64,000 nt of DNA from an uncultured Verrucomicrobiae bacterium (GTDB lineage Bacteria; Verrucomicrobiota; Verrucomicrobiia; Chthoniobacterales; JAFAMB01): the NCBI GenBank assembly GCA_963782115.1, contig CAWAIK010000001.1, positions 128,001 to 192,000 of the forward strand, in the 5' to 3' direction. The notes under the pieces are model-generated. The model was not told the DNA's origin and did not search any database. It saw only the letters and a list, made by a program, of their open reading frames with translations. Position 1 is the stretch's first letter, and the number at the start of each line of letters is the position of its first letter. Positions 59,576-64,000 of the stretch are shown here, piece after piece. The position numbers were made by a program, and so were the translations under genes.

Positions 59576-61439
59576 CGGATGTTCCTTTAGCAAAATGATG
59601 TAAGTCATTCATTTTAAATATGATATGCGATTTTTACGCTTTAAAAGTAGCCACTAATTATTGTAAAATAAATGACATTCGTTCTTTACAATAAACGAGT
59701 TATAGTTACGATTTGTGCACACAATGTATCTCGACACCTGTAAAGTCCGCTCTGGCAATAAGGTCTATACACGTGTTCTGCTGCGCGAATCCTATCGCGA
59801 GGATGGCAAGGTTAAGCACCGCACCATTGCCAATCTCTCCAAGTGTTCAGATCAGGAAATCGCGGCGATCAAACTCGCCTTGCAGCACAAACACGACTTA
59901 GCCGCGTTTCGGGAAAATGCTCAACTCAACCCCAATGTCACTCTGCGACAGGGCTTAAGCATCGGCGCGGTAGCAGTCCTGGAGGCCCTGGCCCGGGAAC
60001 TTGGCCTGGTTAAGGCGTTGGGAACAGACCGGGAAGGCAAGCTGGCTCTCTGGCAAGTCATCGCCCGAGTCATTGATCAGGGCTCGCGCCTCAGTGCGGT
60101 GCGCCTGGCTCAAACCCATGCCTGCTGCGATTTGCTCAAGTTGGATGCTTTCAATGAGGATGATCTTTATTCTAATCTTGCCTGGCTCACAGAACATCAG
60201 CATCGAACTGAAACACGGCTTTTTGAGGTCTTGCACCCTGGCGAAAAACCGGCACTTTTTCTCTACGACGTCACAAGCAGCTATCTGGAGGGGAGCAACA
60301 ATCACTTCGGAACCTTTGGCTATAACCGTGATGCCAAGTCTGGAAAGAGGCAGATTGTCATTGGCCTGTTGTGCGACCAAGCAGGGATACCCTTATCAAT
60401 CGAAGTATTTGCCGGCAATACTTCCGATCCCAAGACGGTCGCTTCGCAAGTAAAAAAAATAGTCGGCCATTTTGGCGGCGGATCCGTGACCTTTGTCGGA
60501 GATCGAGGCATGCTTAAGATCCCGCAAATCGAGCACTTGAGCGAGCATGGGATGCATTATATCACGGCGATTACCAAGCCGCAGATAGAGTCACTACTCA
60601 ATACAAAAGTGTTGCAGGTGGAGTTGTTCGATCAGCCTTTGGCCGAGGTCAGTGAAGAACAGGTCCGCTATATCTTGCGGCGTAATCCTAAACGGGCGGC
60701 TGAGATGGATGCCGCTCGCGCCAACAAACTGGGCCGCCTTGAAGACAAAGTAAATGAAAGCAATGCCTATTTGAGCGCTCACCCACGAGCCAAAGCTCAA
60801 ACGGTGATCAAGACTCTGAGCAAGGAAGTCCAAAAGTTGAAGCTTCAGAGCTGGGTTGAAGTCAAGTGCGGCAAAGCTCGTTGCGTGGCATTACAGATCG
60901 ATGAGTCCGCACGAAATGAACAAGCCAAGCTCGATGGCTGTTACGTGCTCAAGACTGATCTGAGCGCAGCACAAGCCAGTAAAGAAATGGTACACGATCG
61001 CTACAAAGACCTGACCTTAGTAGAGCAGGCTTTTCGTACCTCTAAAACGGTGGAACTGGAAATGCGCCCCATCTATGTGCAACTGGAAAATAGCACTCGT
61101 GGTCATGCATTGGTCGTCATGTTAGCCTATCGCTTGGTGCACGAATTAGCGCGGCGTTGGCAGACACTGGACTTGACGGTTCAGGAAGGACTAAAAAAAC
61201 TAAGCACCCTTTGCGTGGTTGAAGTGGAGCTTGCCGATCAAACAAGCTGTCTGACGATTCCGGAACCATCCGCCGATGTCGCCAAACTCATCGAACTGGC
61301 CGGCGTGAGGCTGCCAACGGTTTTTCGCAGTCGAGGTGTAAAAGTAGCCACAAGGAGGAAGCTCCAAGAAAACAGGTCAAGTCGTTAAATATGAGCTACT
61401 TACGGGCGCTATTAGAATACAAAACCATGGGAACATGCG
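59576..61439 (+). mobile_element. IS1634-family element
   Basis: IR CGGATGTTCC / GGAACATGCG; TTTCAA duplicated at 59570-75 and 61440-45. Confidence 0.88.
59724..61388 (+). CDS. IS1634 transposase
   Basis: LLRESYREDGKVK, LYDVTSSYLEG, GYNRD, VGDRGM, DGCYVLKT, YKDL..VEQAFR. Confidence 0.94.
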   Translation: MYLDTCKVRSGNKVYTRVLLRESYREDGKVKHRTIANLSKCSDQEIAAIKLALQHKHDLAAFRENAQLNPNVTLRQGLSIGAVAVLEALARELGLVKALGTDREGKLALWQVIARVIDQGSRLSAVRLAQTHACCDLLKLDAFNEDDLYSNLAWLTEHQHRTETRLFEVLHPGEKPALFLYDVTSSYLEGSNNHFGTFGYNRDAKSGKRQIVIGLLCDQAGIPLSIEVFAGNTSDPKTVASQVKKIVGHFGGGSVTFVGDRGMLKIPQIEHLSEHGMHYITAITKPQIESLLNTKVLQVELFDQPLAEVSEEQVRYILRRNPKRAAEMDAARANKLGRLEDKVNESNAYLSAHPRAKAQTVIKTLSKEVQKLKLQSWVEVKCGKARCVALQIDESARNEQAKLDGCYVLKTDLSAAQASKEMVHDRYKDLTLVEQAFRTSKTVELEMRPIYVQLENSTRGHALVVMLAYRLVHELARRWQTLDLTVQEGLKKLSTLCVVEVELADQTSCLTIPEPSADVAKLIELAGVRLPTVFRSRGVKVATRRKLQENRSSR

Positions 61440-61502
61440 TTTCAACCCTGATCTTTGTACTCAATTCGGAGAAACGTAGGATACCTGGAAAGCATCGCTT
61501 GA

Positions 61503-61659
61503 TGGTGCGAACAATACAGGCTGGAAGCCTATGCTACATTGCTTTCCGGAGTGTCGAGCGATCTCTCGAGGACATCCTGGCGCAATCTCCGCGAACCCAC
61601 GGCAACCACGCGACGGCGTAAAGTAGCATAGGCTTCCAGCCTGTATTTTGTTCGCACCA
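61503..61659. repeat. REPIN-like inverted doublet of GTAG-type REP
   Basis: tggtgcgaacaatacaggctggaagcctatgctac ... gtagcataggcttccagcctgtattttgttcgcacca. Confidence 0.85.
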
Positions 61660-61823
61660 GCGAGCGATCTTATCCAGACAATCGATAACCCAGGGTTGAA
61701 ACCAGGTTGAAACGCTGGGCTGATTCCTCAAGCCACCTTCGGGGCGAAGAACGATCCCCAACCTTCCTTAACTTCGCGCCATTCACCACTGACACTGACC
61801 ACTGACACTGACAACTCTCTTGT

Positions 61824-62822
61824 CTAATGCCAGCGGCGTGTTCTCGGAACAAAAAGCGCGGAAACGGTTCTTTCCTCGCGTCCCGCCCGCCAGCTTACTT
61901 TCGCCGAAAATCCGGGTTCAGCCACGGTCACCAGGGCATCCACGTGAGGGAGCAGACGAACGGTGTGCCGCTCGATCTGATCGGTTCGGCGACGATGGTG
62001 TTCCACGCGCGTAGCCTCAAGTCGGTCCGCGCAGCGTTTTATTGCTTCCTCTCTGCGCTGGCGGCCCAGCCGTTCGCTTAATTCGCGAGCATAGTTCTCG
62101 AAATATTCATCGATTCGGTTTAGCTCTCGGCGCAGAAAGAGCTCCTGCCTTTCGTTGATTTTCGTGAGTTCAGGAGCCAGTTCGGTGCTCAGTGCCCGGC
62201 CGATCCAATCAGATAATGCCGCCGGATCCAGCGTTGGCCAATCCGGTTTTTCGCCGGACGGCTCGACAGGGCTCATTTGGTCGAGCGCGAATTCCAGAGA
62301 ACTGTCGCGGTCGCCATCTGGAAGAGTAAACGCCAGGCGATGGCTGCTCCAGCTCTGGTCGATAGCCTGAACCTCACAGCGCACTGTCGCCACCACCGAG
62401 AATATCCAGGCAGGCACAAAGGGGGTCGCCTGCCAGCCACCGCGCGTGCCGAACTGCGCCTGCCAAAGTTTCTCCGCGACCTCTGCGGTCGGCGCTTTTA
62501 CGCTGATTCCCGTGGAGAGACAAACGCGGGAATGAGCGAGAAGGCGATGCCAAAGCGCGTCCACCAGCTGAAACGTGAGTGGGCAGCCGGGAAACACCTC
62601 GCCATCGGGATTGCCCGTATCGACTGAAGCGGCATCACGAAAACTAAGCTCGCCGGAAAACAATTCACCGTCTTTCCGCCACAGGCGTGCAGCGTCTCCT
62701 TCCGCCAGGATCTCCAGGCGATCGTGCCACGAACGTTCACAAACAGCCCCTAGAGAGAGGAGGCCCTCTTCAAAAAAATCCATCAAATGTTCAGCACGCG
62801 GAGAGATCTTCGGAAATTTCAT
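61824..62822 (-). CDS. Conserved hypothetical partner of SNF2 helicase (YqhG-like)
   Basis: 332 aa; C-terminal coiled coil RRELNRIDEYF; 14 bp downstream of helicase. Confidence 0.65.
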   Translation of the reverse strand: MKFPKISPRAEHLMDFFEEGLLSLGAVCERSWHDRLEILAEGDAARLWRKDGELFSGELSFRDAASVDTGNPDGEVFPGCPLTFQLVDALWHRLLAHSRVCLSTGISVKAPTAEVAEKLWQAQFGTRGGWQATPFVPAWIFSVVATVRCEVQAIDQSWSSHRLAFTLPDGDRDSSLEFALDQMSPVEPSGEKPDWPTLDPAALSDWIGRALSTELAPELTKINERQELFLRRELNRIDEYFENYARELSERLGRQRREEAIKRCADRLEATRVEHHRRRTDQIERHTVRLLPHVDALVTVAEPGFSAKVSWRAGREERTVSALFVPRTRRWH

Positions 62823-62836
62823 TGAGGATTCGCTGC

Positions 62837-64000
62837 TTAGATACTCTCGTAATCGTGCGCAAACAACGTTTCGTCGAGTCGCTTGATCTTTTCCAGATTG
62901 GATCGACCGTGACTGAGCTCCTCCCCGAGAGTCTTGAGCGCCCCGGCCACGTCGCCCTCCGAATTCTGCCAGCGCCGGAAGATTTCCTCTTCAAAATCTT
63001 CACTCATAAAGCGATCGCCAAGAATCAGTCCGGTCTCGCCGATAATCAGGTCGAACAAATTCAGCTTTTCTTGCAAAATCTCGAGCAGGTGCGCCTGTAA
63101 GGTTCCCGCCTGCACCAGATTATAGATCTCGACGACCCGTACCTGGCCGATTCGGTGAAGACGGCCGACGCGCTGTTCTATCTCCATTGGGTTCCAGGGC
63201 AAATCAAAGTTCACGAGCCGATGGCAGAATTGGAGGTTGCGGCCCTCGGTTCCGCTCCTTGTCAAGAGCAACGCACCACCATGATCGCGAAAGGATTCGA
63301 CGATTCCCTGTCGGTTGGCAGCCGGCGTCTGGCCGTTCAGTAACCAGGTCTTTACACCACTTGCTGACAGCTTCTGGGCCAACGCTGATTGCGTGGCGAG
63401 GAATTGAGTGAAAATCACAAGGCCGCCCTCGGTCCGCGTCAGCGGCGGGAGAACAGAGGTCTTTCTCTCCCAGCTCCGTTCTAAAGGCGCCTGCGTTTGC
63501 CACTGTTGAACGAGCTTGGGATCGGGAAATTTTGCCAACGCTTCCAGCCAGGCGGCAGGGCTGCTTCCGACGGTTTGCAGGAGCAACCGTCCCCACAGAC
63601 TAGCCTTACCGGGCGGCATGCCTGCAAGAACGGTGCGCAGCTCCCGATCCCATTCGGCCCAAAATTCAATTTCGCCGGGTTCCGGTTCGTAGAGCACCGT
63701 CTCGGCACGACGCGAAGGCATTTGAAGATTGGCATTCGCCCGAGTGTTACGAATCATCACCTGTCCGAGCAACTGGCGCAGCTGTTCCGGTTCACGTGGT
63801 TCGTAGGGTCGGTCGCCGTTGATGAATCGCTGGCGAAATTCTTTGGGCGAAGGCAAATGACCGGGTTTCAAAAGCGTGACCAGGTTGTAAAGCTCTTCAA
63901 GCGAATTCTGGACCGGGGTCGCGGTGAGCAGAAGCAGAAACTGCCGCTGCAGAGCGTTGACCGCTTGCCAAGCTTTTGACCCACGGTTTCGCAAATGGTG
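62837..64000 (-). CDS. SNF2-family helicase (YqhH-like), 5' end outside window
   Basis: LLTATPVQN, IFTQF, EGRNLQF, NFDLPWNP..EQRVGRLHRIGQ. Confidence 0.92.
   Translation of the reverse strand, partial: HHLRNRGSKAWQAVNALQRQFLLLLTATPVQNSLEELYNLVTLLKPGHLPSPKEFRQRFINGDRPYEPREPEQLRQLLGQVMIRNTRANANLQMPSRRAETVLYEPEPGEIEFWAEWDRELRTVLAGMPPGKASLWGRLLLQTVGSSPAAWLEALAKFPDPKLVQQWQTQAPLERSWERKTSVLPPLTRTEGGLVIFTQFLATQSALAQKLSASGVKTWLLNGQTPAANRQGIVESFRDHGGALLLTRSGTEGRNLQFCHRLVNFDLPWNPMEIEQRVGRLHRIGQVRVVEIYNLVQAGTLQAHLLEILQEKLNLFDLIIGETGLILGDRFMSEDFEEEIFRRWQNSEGDVAGALKTLGEELSHGRSNLEKIKRLDETLFAHDYESI

Larger units (their letters stand above)
59511..61784. mobile_element. Second IS4-type MITE copy, left TIR eroded, carrying IS1634
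   Basis: Right end CCTTAACTTCGCGCCATTC 61766-84; left interior gccccgaagccgaa..tcag..tttcaaccc matches 37707-37755; ACCACTGAC on both flanks. Confidence 0.65.

Noticed and set aside
1..64000. tRNA, rRNA or riboswitch
   Set aside because: No convincing cloverleaf or aptamer signature seen by eye; a covariance-model scan would be needed to exclude them.

Overview
Bacterial DNA from a Gram-negative organism (lpxA, alpha-2-macroglobulin/pbpC present). The repeat families and gene style suggest a soil Verrucomicrobium (Chthoniobacterales-like); this is inference only. Intact genes: an alpha-hydroxy-acid module (FAD D-LDH-like, LarA-like, FMN oxidase), a PAS-PP2C phosphatase, a KirBac channel, lpxA, a SorC regulator, a RES-Xre toxin-antitoxin pair, two sugar ABC systems, an acetamidase, a TPR-A2M-PBP1C operon, an ADH/amidohydrolase/DUF59 trio and an SNF2 pair. 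These are mixed with about 20 deletion-scarred pseudogenes and several palindromic repeat families. The main finding is a nested mobile-DNA stack at 35.8-38.8 kb. An IS4-type MITE (GAATGGCGCTAAGTTAAG ends, 11-bp TSD) sits in a 13-bp tandem array. An IS110/IS1111 element is inserted at the CT of the MITE's left terminal repeat. The 3' non-coding region of that element holds a readable bridge/seek-RNA target loop whose two guides match the IS4 terminal repeat. An RT-deleted group II intron lies in the same MITE, and a second MITE copy (59.5-61.8 kb) carries an IS1634 in a hairpin loop. An intact IS630 splits an SDR gene, and a 27-bp direct repeat brackets a 1.5-kb islet at the end of the RES toxin gene. 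No tRNA, rRNA or CRISPR array was seen.
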